From Nannocystis bainbridge (GTDB lineage: Bacteria > Myxococcota_A > Polyangia > Nannocystales > Nannocystaceae), in assembly GCF_028368995.1 (NCBI RefSeq), contig NZ_JAQNDL010000004.1, positions 416,001 through 480,000 on the forward strand: a stretch of DNA of 64,000 nt. Reading direction: 5' to 3'. The notes under the pieces are model-generated. The model had not been told where the DNA came from. It did no database searches and saw nothing but the letters and a program-made list of their open reading frames with translations. Shown one piece after another: positions 1 through 8,441 of the stretch. The position numbers and the translations under genes are program-made. How positions within the stretch are numbered: the stretch's first letter is position 1; every line of letters begins with the position of its first letter.

Positions 1-93
1 GCTCACGCGCGGGTGACGGCGCTGCAGGCGGCGCTGGGGCTGGCGGACGCCGACGTGGTGCCAGTCGCGTACGCCGACCTGCTCGGGCTGTGA
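1..93 (+). CDS. 3' end of a gene entering the window, possibly CYTH/class IV adenylate cyclase family
   Basis: Frame 1 reads AHARVTALQAALGLADADVVPVAYADLLGL then TGA; the LG...YxDLL C-terminus resembles CYTH proteins. Confidence 0.4.
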   Translation, partial: AHARVTALQAALGLADADVVPVAYADLLGL

Positions 94-104
94 GCGGGAC
101 GTAG

Positions 105-184
105 GGACATGTCCGCGAGGGCATGTGCCTGCGGACATGTTTAATCAGACATGCCCGATCGGGCATGCCGGGAGGGACAGGTTC
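105..184. repeat. 14-bp-period GGRCATGYCC array (6 units)
   Basis: Cores CATG at 108,122,136,150,164 and CAGG at 178; convergent junction abutting the hemH stop. Confidence 0.9.
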
Positions 185-1280
185 AGGCCGAGAGGGTCGC
201 CGGGGGCCGGTCGGTGAGGATCGGCAGGGCGCGCGGGTGGGGGGCGGCCTCGCGGATGAGGGTGGCGAGCGCGTTGACCCATACCGGGTGGTCGTTGAGG
301 CAGGGGACGAGGCGCAGGTCCTCGCCGCCGGCGGCCTTGAACGACTCGGCGGCGCGGATCCCGATCTCCTCGAGCGTCTCCAGGCAGTCGGCGACAAAGG
401 CGGGGCAGAACACGGCCAGGCGGCGGACGCCGCGGCGAGCCAGCTCGACCAGCGCGACGTCGGTGAACGGCTGGATCCACGGGGTGCGGCCGAGGCGGGA
501 CTGGAAGGCGATGCTGGTCGCTTCGCGGGCGAGGCCTAGGCGGTCGCGCAGGGCGCGGGCGGTGGCGACGCAGTGGGCGCGGTAGCAGTTGCGGTTGTTG
601 AGACCGATGGTGTCGCAGCAGTCGGGGCGGGCCAGGCAGTGGGCGCCGCTGGGGTCGCTCTTCTTGACCTGGCGCTCGGGCAGGCCGTGGAAGCTGAACA
701 TGACGTGGTCGGGGCGGAAGTCCTCGAGCACAGGCGCGCCGACGCGGGCGAGCGCGTCGATGAAGGCCGGGTGGTCGTAGAACGGCGGGACGATGGTGAG
801 GAACGGGGTGTTCCACGGCTCGCCGGCGGCGCGGTAGAGGGCCTCGACGGTCGATCCGGTCGAGCTCGAGGCGTATTGCGGGTAGAGCGGGACGGCGACG
901 ATCCGGTCGCAGCCGCGCGCCTTCAGGGCGTCGAGGCCGCGCTGCAGCGAGGGCTCGCCGTAGCGCATGGCGAGCTCGATCTCGAGGTCGGGCATGGCGA
1001 CGCGCAGGGCCTCGGTGAGCTGGCGCGAGTGGTGCAGCAGGGGCGAGCCGTCGGGGCCCCAGACGGTGCGGTAAGCGGCTGCGGAGCGCGCCGGACGGAA
1101 GGGGAGGATGACGAGGTTGAGCAGCAGCCAGCGGCCGACGGCGCCGATGTCGAGGACGCGCGGGTCGGACAGAAACTCGCGCAGGTAGCGGCGGACCTCG
1201 GGGGCGCGCGGGGCGGCGGGCGTGCCGAGGTTGATGAGGAGGACGCCGAGCTTCGGTTCGGGGCGCATGCGCGGGCGCAT
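183..1280 (-). CDS. hemH: ferrochelatase
   Basis: GVLLINLGTP, YLREFLSDPRV, PLYPQYASSSTGS, FSFHGLP, FQSRLG, FVADCLETLEEI motifs; start trimmed to ATG 1280 (or 1268). Confidence 0.95.
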   Translation of the reverse strand: MRPRMRPEPKLGVLLINLGTPAAPRAPEVRRYLREFLSDPRVLDIGAVGRWLLLNLVILPFRPARSAAAYRTVWGPDGSPLLHHSRQLTEALRVAMPDLEIELAMRYGEPSLQRGLDALKARGCDRIVAVPLYPQYASSSTGSTVEALYRAAGEPWNTPFLTIVPPFYDHPAFIDALARVGAPVLEDFRPDHVMFSFHGLPERQVKKSDPSGAHCLARPDCCDTIGLNNRNCYRAHCVATARALRDRLGLAREATSIAFQSRLGRTPWIQPFTDVALVELARRGVRRLAVFCPAFVADCLETLEEIGIRAAESFKAAGGEDLRLVPCLNDHPVWVNALATLIREAAPHPRALPILTDRPPATLSA

Positions 1281-1335
1281 CGTGGCGCGGTTCGCCAGGC
1301 GCCGCAACTGCGCGGCGGCTTGACGCGGGCCAGGG

Positions 1336-2121
1336 GTGCGCGCGACGTTTGCAGCGGTGACGGAGCGGCAGAGCCTGGCGCCAGGTGAGGTCCACGTGTG
1401 GCTGTGCGCGGCCGAGACGCAGGTCGACGCCGACTGGTTGGCGGCGGCGCGCGGGCTGCTGAACCCGGAGGAGCAGGCCCGCCAGGATCGCTTCGTGTTC
1501 GAGCGCAACCGCCGGCAGTTCGCGGTCGCGCGGGTGCTGGTGCGCCAGATCCTCGCCGGCTACACGGGGATCGCGGCAGCCGAGCTGCGCTTCGTCGCCA
1601 ACGAGTACGGCAGGCCGGCGCTGGCCCTGGCCGGCGCGCTCGAGTTCAACCTGTCGCACACCGACGGGCTGGCGGCGCTGGCGGTGACCCGCGTCGGCGA
1701 GATCGGGGTCGACGTCGAGGACGCCGAGCGACGCGCGCGGCCGGAGGAGGTGGCCGACCACTTCTTCGCGCCGAGCGAGGTGGCGGGGCTGATGGCGCTG
1801 GAGACCGAGCAGCGGCGGGCCCGGTTCTTCGACCTGTGGACGCTGAAGGAGGCGTACATCAAGGCGCGCGGGATGGGCCTGGCGATCCCGCTGGACGCGT
1901 TCGCGTACGACCTGTCGCGCGGGCGCGCGGCGATCGATCTGGCGATCGACGCGTCGCTCGGCGATCCGCGCGCGGGCTGGGAGTTCTTCCTGGAGGACCC
2001 GACGCCGCGCCACCGCCTGGCGCTGGCGGCCCGCTTGCCCGCGAGGGAACCCGCGCGGATAACGTATCGGTGGGTCGGTCCGGCCGGGCACGGGCGGCTC
2101 GGCCTGCGAGATGGTCCTTGA
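1336..2121 (+). CDS. 4'-phosphopantetheinyl transferase (Sfp type)
   Basis: YGRP, FNLSHT, IGVDVE, WTLKEAYIKARG motifs. Confidence 0.92.
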   Translation: MRATFAAVTERQSLAPGEVHVWLCAAETQVDADWLAAARGLLNPEEQARQDRFVFERNRRQFAVARVLVRQILAGYTGIAAAELRFVANEYGRPALALAGALEFNLSHTDGLAALAVTRVGEIGVDVEDAERRARPEEVADHFFAPSEVAGLMALETEQRRARFFDLWTLKEAYIKARGMGLAIPLDAFAYDLSRGRAAIDLAIDASLGDPRAGWEFFLEDPTPRHRLALAARLPAREPARITYRWVGPAGHGRLGLRDGP

Positions 2122-2172
2122 GACATGTTTTTATGGACATGTCCGAACGGACCTGTTCTTCACGACCTGTGA
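2107..2172. repeat. 14-bp-period GGRCATGYCC array (5 units)
   Basis: Cores GATG 2110, CATG 2124, CATG 2138, CCTG 2152, CCTG 2166; convergent junction. Confidence 0.85.
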
Positions 2173-2211
2173 TGCCGCGGCGCGACGGGATTCACTCGAA
2201 CGTGCGCGGCC

Positions 2212-2252
2212 CGAAAGCGAAACGACCGCCCCGGGGCTCCGGAGCGGTCGCT
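2212..2252 (-). terminator. probable intrinsic terminator of trpS
   Basis: Minus strand CGACCGCTCCGG-AGCC-CCGGGGCGGTCG hairpin followed by TTTCGCTTTC, about 20 bp after the stop. Confidence 0.55.
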
Positions 2253-2272
2253 GGGCGGCCTGGCGGCGGGGC

Positions 2273-3352
2273 TCAGCCCTTCTGGCTGTAGAAGGGCTTC
2301 TTGCGCTCCTCGGCGCGCGACTGGGTGGCGTGCACGAGGCCTGACCACAGGTTCTCGAGGCCCATGGCGTCGCGGACCTTGCCGAGGGTCTCGTAGGCGA
2401 CCTTGCGGGCGGTGATGGTGCCGTCGACGATGATCTCTTCAGTGCGGTGCTTGTCGGCCGCGAACTCGGACCGGCGCTCGCGGATCGGGACCAGGGTCTT
2501 CTCGAGCGCCTCGATGACGCGGTCCTGGACGGCGGCGAAGCCGATGGCGCCGCGGTCGTACTCGGCGCGGAGGTTGGCCAGCTCCTCGGCGTCGCGCAGG
2601 AAGGCCTCGGCGAACAGGAACAGCGGGGCGTCGGTCGACTCGCCGGGGGCCGGGCCGGGCAGGGTGCGGATCTTGCGAGCGACCTCCTCGGGGCTGTCCT
2701 TGAGCCAGATCGCGTTGCCGGCCGACTTCGACATCTTGCGCTCGGCACCGCCGGCGACGGTGTTGACGCCCGGCAGCGACGGGGTCGCCGAGATGGTGGC
2801 CTGCGGGACCGCAAACACGCGGCCGTAGGCGTCGTTGAAGTGCTGGGCGATGTCGCGGGCGAGGGTGACGTGGGTCTCGTTGTCGGCGCCGACCGGCACG
2901 AGCTCGGCGTTGGCCATGAGAATGTCGGCGGCCTGGAGCACCGGGTAGCCGAGCAGGCCGAGCGGCACGTCAGCGTCCTTGAGGCCGGCGTTGACGGCCA
3001 TGTCCTGGATCGACTGCATGCCCGACAGCCGCGCCACCGGGGTGAGCATCTGCAGCAGGATGGCGATGTCGTAGACCGCCGGTACGCCCGACTGGAGGTA
3101 GATCGTCGAGCGGCCGGGGTCGACGCCCACGCTGAGCATGTCGAGCACCACGTCGCGCACGTGGTTCGGCAGGCGGGCAATCTCGTCGCGCCGCGAGCGG
3201 GTCGTGAGCGAGTGCAGGTCGGCGACGATGATGAAGCACTCGTGGCTGTCCTGCAGTTTGACCCGGCTCTGCAGGGTGCCGACGAGGTGACCGAGGTGAA
3301 GCGGCCCCGTGGGGCGATCACCAGTGAGCAGTCGCGGTTTGCGAGCTTCCAT
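2273..3352 (-). CDS. trpS: tryptophan--tRNA ligase
   Basis: TGDRPTG, HLGH (HIGH), YPVLQAADIL, KMSKS motifs. Confidence 0.95.
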   Translation of the reverse strand: MEARKPRLLTGDRPTGPLHLGHLVGTLQSRVKLQDSHECFIIVADLHSLTTRSRRDEIARLPNHVRDVVLDMLSVGVDPGRSTIYLQSGVPAVYDIAILLQMLTPVARLSGMQSIQDMAVNAGLKDADVPLGLLGYPVLQAADILMANAELVPVGADNETHVTLARDIAQHFNDAYGRVFAVPQATISATPSLPGVNTVAGGAERKMSKSAGNAIWLKDSPEEVARKIRTLPGPAPGESTDAPLFLFAEAFLRDAEELANLRAEYDRGAIGFAAVQDRVIEALEKTLVPIRERRSEFAADKHRTEEIIVDGTITARKVAYETLGKVRDAMGLENLWSGLVHATQSRAEERKKPFYSQKG

Positions 3353-3360
3353 CGAGTTCA

Positions 3361-3389
3361 AGGGTCAAGGCCGGCTCTCCCTGTGTCAA
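3361..3389 (-). promoter_or_regulatory. possible sigma70-like promoter of trpS (near-leaderless)
   Basis: Minus strand TTGACA-N17-GACCCT ending 8 bp before the ATG; -10 is weak. Confidence 0.3.
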
Positions 3390-3419
3390 GCCAACGGGTT
3401 CGCGCATCGCGGAACGACA

Positions 3420-3445
3420 CACAGCTGTCTCATGGGACAGCTGTG
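3420..3445. promoter_or_regulatory. inverted repeat upstream of trpS (operator-like)
   Basis: CACAGCTGTC-TCATGG-GACAGCTGTG, perfect 10-bp arms. Confidence 0.4.
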
Positions 3446-3557
3446 CGTGGACCTGCGACTCGGGCTTGCAAAGAGGGGGTGACCAAATGCGAAGCGCCGC
3501 GACCGAAGGCGGTCACGGCGCATCCGCGCTCCGCGGATCTGGCGGCTGCGAACCAGA

Positions 3558-3941
3558 TCAGCGCAACGCTTCACGCAGGCGCGGCTTGATGTCCGGGAGC
3601 ACCACGCTGACGAGGATGCCGAGCTGCGCCTTGCTGCAGTCGACGGCCATACCCCAGCGATACTTGTCGGTGAGGTCGACCACCACGATCATGACGATGC
3701 CCTCGTCGCCGAGGCGGAGCATGGTCTCGTTCAGATAGTCGGGGACGGGCAGACCCGACTTCTTGATCGTCTCCATGATGCGCTCACAAAGGATGTTGAA
3801 GAGCGCGCACGCCTTGGGGCTGCTGCGAACGCCGGCGACCGACATGCCGGACGTTTTGCTGAAGACGTCGGAGGCGGCCAGGCCACCCATCAGACCGTCT
3901 TCCACCTCAGCGAGCAGTTGGTTTACGACTTTGAGATTCAT
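3558..3941 (-). CDS. hypothetical protein, roadblock/LC7-like
   Basis: 127-aa ORF; pattern GLAASDVF..GMSVAG..helix..VVVDL..WGMAVD..AQLGIL fits a roadblock-type alpha/beta fold (inference). Confidence 0.6.
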   Translation of the reverse strand: MNLKVVNQLLAEVEDGLMGGLAASDVFSKTSGMSVAGVRSSPKACALFNILCERIMETIKKSGLPVPDYLNETMLRLGDEGIVMIVVVDLTDKYRWGMAVDCSKAQLGILVSVVLPDIKPRLREALR

Positions 3942-4091
3942 TTCGAGTTCCTTCGTGATCCGTGCAGTCGGTGCCAGGTCATGGTAGCCGTGGCGCGGGG
4001 CGACAATCTATCACTTTTTGCACGATCCGGACAGCCGTCCAAACGGCCCGAGCGGCGCGCCGCACGTGGCCGCAAGGCCCGTTCGGCGCGG

Positions 4092-4559
4092 TCAGAAGCT
4101 CAGCCCGCGGATCGGCGGCGGCGCGTCCTGCTGCGTCTCCTTGAGGTAGTGCTTCGCAGCCCTCCGCAGCAGCGCCTTGAGATCCTCGGTGTCCCAGGGC
4201 TTCGTGACGTACTGCCACATCAAACCCTCGTTGAGGCCGCGAATTACCACGTTGATGTCGGAGTAGCCGGTGATCAGGATGCGCACCGGCGTCGGGTTGA
4301 TCTCCTTGAGCTTGCCGAACAGCTCGACACCCGTCATCTCCGGCATGCGCTGGTCGCTGAGAACCAGCTGAATGTCGCTGGCCCGGAAGATCTGCAGCGC
4401 CTCGGTGCCCGAGTTGGCGGTGTAGACCTTGAACATGTCGCGGAAGCTCTCCTCCAGCGTGTTGAGGATGCCCCGCTCGTCGTCGACGATGAGCAGCGAG
4501 AGGACCTGCTTGTCCTCTTGGCCGATCGTGCCGGTCTTCTGGAATTCCTTCCAACTCAT
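4092..4559 (-). CDS. stand-alone response regulator receiver protein
   Basis: LLIVDDE, LVLSDQRMP (phospho-Asp), ILITG, KPW motifs; no output domain. Confidence 0.92.
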   Translation of the reverse strand: MSWKEFQKTGTIGQEDKQVLSLLIVDDERGILNTLEESFRDMFKVYTANSGTEALQIFRASDIQLVLSDQRMPEMTGVELFGKLKEINPTPVRILITGYSDINVVIRGLNEGLMWQYVTKPWDTEDLKALLRRAAKHYLKETQQDAPPPIRGLSF

Positions 4560-4791
4560 GCAATACCTCGCTTCTCGCTGGGCAACCGGTCGTAGCGCGG
4601 GGAACCCTCGACGCGAGAGAGAGTCTGCTCCGTTCGCGCATGGTGGCAGGGGCGCATCCGGTTCGCAAGGGCCCCTTGGAGCCGCTCGCAGGAGCGCTGG
4701 TGGAGCGAGCCAGGGCCGGGGAGGCCGTGGCGCCCGGAGGACCTCGAAAGCGACCCGTGAGGCCTGCTAGGGCCTTTTCGCGCGTGAGTGG

Positions 4792-6207
4792 TCACAGTAA
4801 ATCTCCTGTACCACCGTCCGCTCCGCGCACGTAGCGGAAAGTGGACGCAAAGTGGCGAATTCCGGGGGCTTCGACCTCGAAGCGAAGGCCGTGGCGCATG
4901 CGCTGGCCCTTCTCTTCGAACACGGTGCGCACCACGTCGGCGACGTACTCGAGGTGCTCCATGGTGTAGACGCGGCGCGGGATGGTGATCCGGCACAGGT
5001 CGAGGTTGGGGCGGATGTTCTCGCCGGTGTCAGGATCGCGGCCGATGAGGACGCTGCCGACCTCGACCGCGCGCACTCCGCCCTCTTTGTAGAGCTCGAC
5101 GCAGAGCAGCTGGCCGGGGAACTCGTCCTCGGGCACGTTGCCGAAGAAGCGCCGCGCGTCGATGAACACCGCGTGACCGCCGAGCGGCTCGACCAGCGGC
5201 ACGCCAGCGGCGCTGAGCAGCTCGCCGAAGCGCTTGACCTGACCGATGCGGTAGGTGAGGTACGGCTCCTCGGTGACCTCGCGCAGGCCCTGCGCCAACG
5301 CCTCCATGTCGGCGCCCGACATGCCGCCGTAGGTGTAGAAGCCCTCGAACAGGATCGTCGGCGCCTTGAGGCGCTCGTACAGCAGGTCGTCGCGCACGGC
5401 GATGAACCCGCCCATCGGCACGAGCGCGTCCTTCTTCGCGCTCATGATCGCCGCGTCGGTGTAGCTGCACATCTCGGCGACGATCTCCGGGATCGTCTTG
5501 GTCGCGTAGCCGGGCTCGCGGTGCTTGATGAACCACGCGTTCTCGGCGAAGCGCGCGGCGTCGAGGATGACGAGGAGGCCGTACTGGTCGGCGATCCGCC
5601 GCACCTCGCGGATGTTCTCCATCGACACCGGCTGACCGCCGCCCGAGTTGCAGGTGACCGTCATCAGGATGTACGCGACGTGGCGCGGGCCGTACTCGCG
5701 GATGACGCTCTCGAGCTTGGCCAGGTCGACGTCGCCCTTGAACGGGTGGTAGCCCGTCGAGCTGCGGCCGGCGTCGATCGTGCAGTCGATCGCGCGGCCG
5801 CCGGCGAATTCGATGTGCGCCTTGGTCGTGTCGAAGTGCGAGTTGCCGGGCACGATCATGTGCTTTTTGATCAGCACGAAGTCGAGCACGCGCTCGGCGG
5901 CGCGACCCTGGTGGGTCGGGATGGTGTAGCGGTACCCCATCGTCTCGCGGATCTGCCGCTCCATCTCGAAGAAGGAGCGTGAACCGGCGTAGGCCTCGTC
6001 GCCGATCATCATGCGGCCCATCTGGGCCGCCGAGAGGGCTCCGGTGCCGGAGTCGGTCACGAGGTCGATGTACACGTCGTGCGATGCGAGGCGGAACAAG
6101 TTGTTGCCGCACGCCTCGATCCGCCGGACCCGCTCCTCATAAGGGAGCAGCGCGATCGGCTCGACGACCTTCGCCTTGTACGGGATGATCTGTCTGGCTC
6201 TGCTCAT
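4792..6207 (-). CDS. tnaA: tryptophanase (tryptophan indole-lyase)
   Basis: IDLVTDSGTGA, GDEAYAGSRS, THQGRAAE, HFDTT, MSAKKD (PLP Lys), GGHAVFID, C-terminal RHF; Asp in FDTT and His in RHF are tryptophanase-type rather than tyrosine phenol-lyase (FTTT/RFF). Confidence 0.88.
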   Translation of the reverse strand: MSRARQIIPYKAKVVEPIALLPYEERVRRIEACGNNLFRLASHDVYIDLVTDSGTGALSAAQMGRMMIGDEAYAGSRSFFEMERQIRETMGYRYTIPTHQGRAAERVLDFVLIKKHMIVPGNSHFDTTKAHIEFAGGRAIDCTIDAGRSSTGYHPFKGDVDLAKLESVIREYGPRHVAYILMTVTCNSGGGQPVSMENIREVRRIADQYGLLVILDAARFAENAWFIKHREPGYATKTIPEIVAEMCSYTDAAIMSAKKDALVPMGGFIAVRDDLLYERLKAPTILFEGFYTYGGMSGADMEALAQGLREVTEEPYLTYRIGQVKRFGELLSAAGVPLVEPLGGHAVFIDARRFFGNVPEDEFPGQLLCVELYKEGGVRAVEVGSVLIGRDPDTGENIRPNLDLCRITIPRRVYTMEHLEYVADVVRTVFEEKGQRMRHGLRFEVEAPGIRHFASTFRYVRGADGGTGDLL

Positions 6208-8288
6208 GGGCTCTCCGCGGCCTTGGCGGCCCCTTCGGTCCTCGTGCCCGGGTCCTTGGGCTCGGTCGGGATCCGAATGAGGAAGGTTACCCCCGCCGTT
6301 TCATTGCGCGTCACTGCGATGGTCCCCTGGTGCTCCATCACGATCCGGTAGCTGATCGACAGGCCCAATCCTGTCCCCTTGCCGACCGGCTTGGTGGTGA
6401 AGAAGGGATCGAAAATCTTCGAGAGGTTGGCTTCCGAGATGCCTTCGCCGTCGTCCTTGACCGCGATCTCGACCCAGGCGCCGTTGACCCGCGTGTCCAC
6501 GTGAACTTCGCCCCCGCGCGGGGTGGCGTCGATCGCGTTGTTCACGAGGTTCAGTACTACCTGGTTGAGCTTGGCAGGGAAGCAGGCGTAAGGGCGCGTC
6601 AGCGTGAGGTCGGACGTCAACTTGACGCCCTGGTCGCGCGCGTTGTTGGAGAGGATCATCAGGGTCTGACGGATCCCCTCGTCGATGTCGGCGTTCTGGA
6701 ACTGCGCCTCGTCGAGGCGGGCGAAGTTGCGGAGCCCGAGCACGATCTCGGCCATGCGATCGAGGCCGATGAAGCACTCCTCGAGCACCTTCTGCGTGCG
6801 CGCGAGGACCTCGTCGAGCGAGCCTTCCTTCTGCTCGCGGCTCTGGCTGACGTAGCTGAAGAACATCTTGAGCAGCTCGAGCTGCTTCGGCGCGGGCATG
6901 CTGCCGAGGTCGGCGATGACGTCCTTGGCGTCGGAGCCGATGTCTTTGTCTTCCTTCAGCTTGTCGAGGATCGCCCGGGCCGCGCTGACGCGCGCATGCG
7001 GGTCGCCGCCGGCGTCGGCCTCGAGCCAGCGCTGGACCGCGAGCCGCCGCGCGACCTTGAGGACGCGCTCGTGGGCGAGGTGCGTGTTGTTGCGGCTGAA
7101 GGCCAGCGGGTTGTTGATCTCGTGGGCGACGCCGGCGGTGAGCTGGCCGAGGCTGGCGAGCTTCTCGCCCTGGACGAGCTGGGCCTGGGTCTGCTTGAGC
7201 TCGACGAGGCTCTCCTGGAGGCCCTCGTAGAGCTGGTTGTTCGTCAGCGAGATCGCGGTCTGGCTGGCGAGCGAGAGCGTCAGCTCGAGCGCGGCGTCGT
7301 CGTACGGGAGGACGACGCTGTCGATGTCGGCGGCCGTCAGCGTGGCGGTGCGCGAGATCTTGCGGTTGATGAGCTGGAGGACGCCGATGACCTGGTCGTC
7401 CTGGTTCTTCATCGGCAGCACGAGCATGCTGCGCGTGCGGTAGCCGGTGCGCTGATCGAAGGCGGGGTTGAAGCTGTACTCGGCCTTGGGATCGAGCAGG
7501 TAGGCGTCAGGGATGTTGACGGGCTCGCCGGTGACGGCGACGTAGCCGGCGAGGGTGCTCTTCGAGACCGGGATGGTGAACTTGACCAGCTCGAGGTGCG
7601 GCAGCGAGTCGTTCTGCGAGTTGTTGAAGCGCAGGCGCCTGGTGCCGGACGCGTCCTTCTCGACGATGTAGAGCGAGCCGGCGTCGGAGCAGGTGAAGTC
7701 GCGGGCGGTGGTGAGGATGAAGTCGAGGAGCCGCTCCTGATCACGCTCGGTCGACAGGGCGATGCCGATGCGATTGAGCTTGGTGATCTCGCCGGCGAGG
7801 CGGCGACGCTCGGCCTCGAGGCCGAGCAGACGATCGTCGGCGGCGGCGTCGCGGAGGGCGGTGCGGAGCGCGACCTGGAGCGCGGCGGCACCTGGCTCCG
7901 GGGACAGGATCGAGGAGAGCACGTCGCCGAAGCGCTGCTGCAGCGCGTCGGCGCCGGAGCCCGGCAACATGCTGATGATGCGGGTGGGGCCGACGGGCTG
8001 GAGCTCGACGCGGCCGTCGTCGCAGAGGAGGTGCTCGTCGAGGAGGACGATGCACGACCGACCGGCGCGCCGCGTGGCGACGACGGTGCCGAGCTCGCGC
8101 GGAGCGACGGGTCGCAGCTCGCCGGACGAGCGGCACAGAGCGGCGGTCGCCGAGCCGGCGAAGGCCGCCGAGCACAGCAGCAGCGGGGTCAACGGCTCGG
8201 GACGAGGCGCAGGCACAGGCCCGGTGGGTCCGGCCGCGTCACCCGGGGGCGCGGTGCTGGCTGCGTCGTCGGCCTGCACAGTGTTCAT
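6204..8288 (-). CDS. GAF-domain sensor histidine kinase
   Basis: GAF ([25 protein letters not shown]), H-box [36 protein letters not shown]; stop overlaps the tnaA ATG. Confidence 0.93.
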   Translation of the reverse strand: MNTVQADDAASTAPPGDAAGPTGPVPAPRPEPLTPLLLCSAAFAGSATAALCRSSGELRPVAPRELGTVVATRRAGRSCIVLLDEHLLCDDGRVELQPVGPTRIISMLPGSGADALQQRFGDVLSSILSPEPGAAALQVALRTALRDAAADDRLLGLEAERRRLAGEITKLNRIGIALSTERDQERLLDFILTTARDFTCSDAGSLYIVEKDASGTRRLRFNNSQNDSLPHLELVKFTIPVSKSTLAGYVAVTGEPVNIPDAYLLDPKAEYSFNPAFDQRTGYRTRSMLVLPMKNQDDQVIGVLQLINRKISRTATLTAADIDSVVLPYDDAALELTLSLASQTAISLTNNQLYEGLQESLVELKQTQAQLVQGEKLASLGQLTAGVAHEINNPLAFSRNNTHLAHERVLKVARRLAVQRWLEADAGGDPHARVSAARAILDKLKEDKDIGSDAKDVIADLGSMPAPKQLELLKMFFSYVSQSREQKEGSLDEVLARTQKVLEECFIGLDRMAEIVLGLRNFARLDEAQFQNADIDEGIRQTLMILSNNARDQGVKLTSDLTLTRPYACFPAKLNQVVLNLVNNAIDATPRGGEVHVDTRVNGAWVEIAVKDDGEGISEANLSKIFDPFFTTKPVGKGTGLGLSISYRIVMEHQGTIAVTRNETAGVTFLIRIPTEPKDPGTRTEGAAKAAESP

Positions 8289-8441
8289 GATGGTCGGAGA
8301 ACCGGAGCGCAAAAACAAGAGTCACCGCTGCATCTGCACGACGTGAGGTCGGTGCCCGCGGACCCACACCGACGTCGCGACGACGACGCGGCGCGGGCTG
8401 CACCCGCGACGCGTCGAAGTCCTCAGCGGACGATACCGCGC

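Noticed and set aside
1336-2121. Secondary-metabolite cluster marked by the PPTase
   Set aside because: No NRPS, PKS or carrier-protein genes in the window.
4792-6207. Tyrosine phenol-lyase
   Set aside because: Has FDTT and RHF and lacks the ERG arginine typical of TPL; fits tryptophanase better.
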